From Scyliorhinus canicula (lineage: Eukaryota): a DNA stretch of 64,000 bases. The notes below the pieces were generated by a model. It saw nothing but the letters and a program-made list of their open reading frames with translations, searched no databases and was not told where the DNA came from. The position numbers and the translations under genes are program-made. Below, one piece after another: positions 62,601 to 64,000 of the stretch. The stretch covers positions 58,161,615-58,225,614 of the forward strand of contig NC_052154.1 in assembly GCF_902713615.1 (NCBI RefSeq). Reading direction: 5' to 3'. Numbering within the stretch: position 1 is the first letter of the stretch; every line of letters starts with the position of its first letter.

Positions 62601-64000
62601 GGCCTGAATTTTCGTCCCCTGCTCAGCAAACACAGCTCAGGAGAAAGTGTCCCGGATTTTCTAATTGGGGGAAGGTGGATGGTGGTGGGGAGGGGGTGGT
62701 GGGGGGGGGGGGGGAATTGGGGTGGATGGGTGGTGGTGGGAACAGCTGTTAACAGCAGTTAGGCCCACCATCCTTGCAAACAGTGCAGAGACATCCACAA
62801 GGGCTCCAGGGCATGGAAGCTGGCTTTGGTGTTCCGGAAAGGAATAAAACAAAACCATCCCTCACACTGCTTTACCCCACACACGCTCCCCATTCCAACT
62901 GATGCATCCGTGCCCCTCACCAACCTCCGCAACACCCCCATACACACCATGGCAACCTGTGTTCCTCTGCCACCAACCAAAGCTCTGCATACTCTCCGTC
63001 CTAACCCATGTTACATTCACCACCCTTTGCCCATACACTCTCCATGCAAACTCATCCAGTAACAGTCATGGGCAGACCTCAAGATCCAATCTGTGAAGAA
63101 ATGAAATAGAGTTCTAAGTCTATTGATAACTTTACCATTGTGAAAAAAATTATAAAAACAAATTTACTACATTTAAATTTATTCAATTACTTAATTCCTT
63201 TAAAAACACACATTTCCTTCAAGTTCGCAATCCCTTATAAAATAAGCATTTGCATTCACAGTCCAACCTCAAAGAATTTATAAACATTCGGAGCTGTCAA
63301 TCAGAATGTGAACAGACAGGCTTCCCGGTGTGATAATGATAGGTTGTGGAATCATTGATGCAGCATAAATACTGGGTGGATTCTCCGCTGCCTGCCACTG
63401 GCTGTGGAGTTCCAGATGTAGCAGAGAATTGAGCACTGACTAAAAATGGTACTGATCCCGTTCCGATGCTCCCATCTCTCGCCGGCAGCGGCAGCAAGCT
63501 ATACTCCCCATTCCAGTGGGAGGATGCAAATTAGTCATTTGAACCTATTTACATCTGATTAATGGGTCGGGAGCCTGATTCTCCATGTCTCCATTATGCT
63601 CTGGTCCTCTCAGCCGGGATTCACGTGGGATGGATTGGTGCAAATATTTTCCAGCATGGCCTTGTCATGATGGATCCCGCGGTGTGTCAAGGTGGTAATT
63701 ATGTAATGTAGGTACCACATAGTCCATCGGAGGGCCCCCTCCCCACCCCAGCTGCCCAACAGACCCCCCATCAGACTCCCCATATCAGAGACTCCTCCAT
63801 GTCGGAGACTCCCCCATATCAGACCCCCATTTCAGACCTTCATATCAGATTCCCAGTATCAGACCTTCATATCAGATCCCCAGTATCAGACCTTCATATC
63901 AGGCCCCCATATCAGAGATCCCCTTCAATCAGTCACCCATGCCTGGAAGCTAAAGAGCAGCCCATGCAGAAACAGTGAAAATCATTGTTTTTTCACTTTC
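62601..64000. mobile_element. Harbinger-like non-autonomous element(s), probably nested, running off the window
   Basis: TIR-like starts GGCCTGAATTTTC (62601) and GGGTGGATTCTCCG (63374). The CR1 fragment stops abruptly at 62597. Confidence 0.45.
63765..63930. repeat. Degenerate 12-15-bp tandem repeat (CCCCATATCAGA)
   Basis: About a dozen units, read directly. Confidence 0.85.

Overview
Vertebrate genomic DNA, probably from a shark or other cartilaginous fish, judged from the elasmobranch-type V-SINEs, CR1/L2 tails and Penelope ends. The only clear host gene is Irx5 (+ strand, 3 exons, 43339-45380, 455 aa, TALE homeodomain plus IRO box). It lies in a CpG-retaining, almost repeat-free domain rich in enhancer-like blocks. 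About 8 kb upstream is a second CpG-island promoter facing the other way, with minus-strand exon-like segments that resemble human CRNDE as I recall it; this is a candidate deeply conserved divergent lncRNA. The first 18 kb is a nest of transposons. A dead, 5'-truncated Gmr1-type Gypsy element (SCAN-like gag, PR-INT-RT order, no RNase H) is interrupted by a young, near-intact 5.5-kb PIF/Harbinger transposon. That transposon carries an intact 3-exon Myb/SANT gene and a convergent DDE transposase broken only by two 1-nt homopolymer deletions. Two older Harbinger relics follow. Related MITEs share a fixed-spacing terminal motif and non-canonical 3-bp TSDs. Family and gene names come from recognising motifs by eye; no database search was run.
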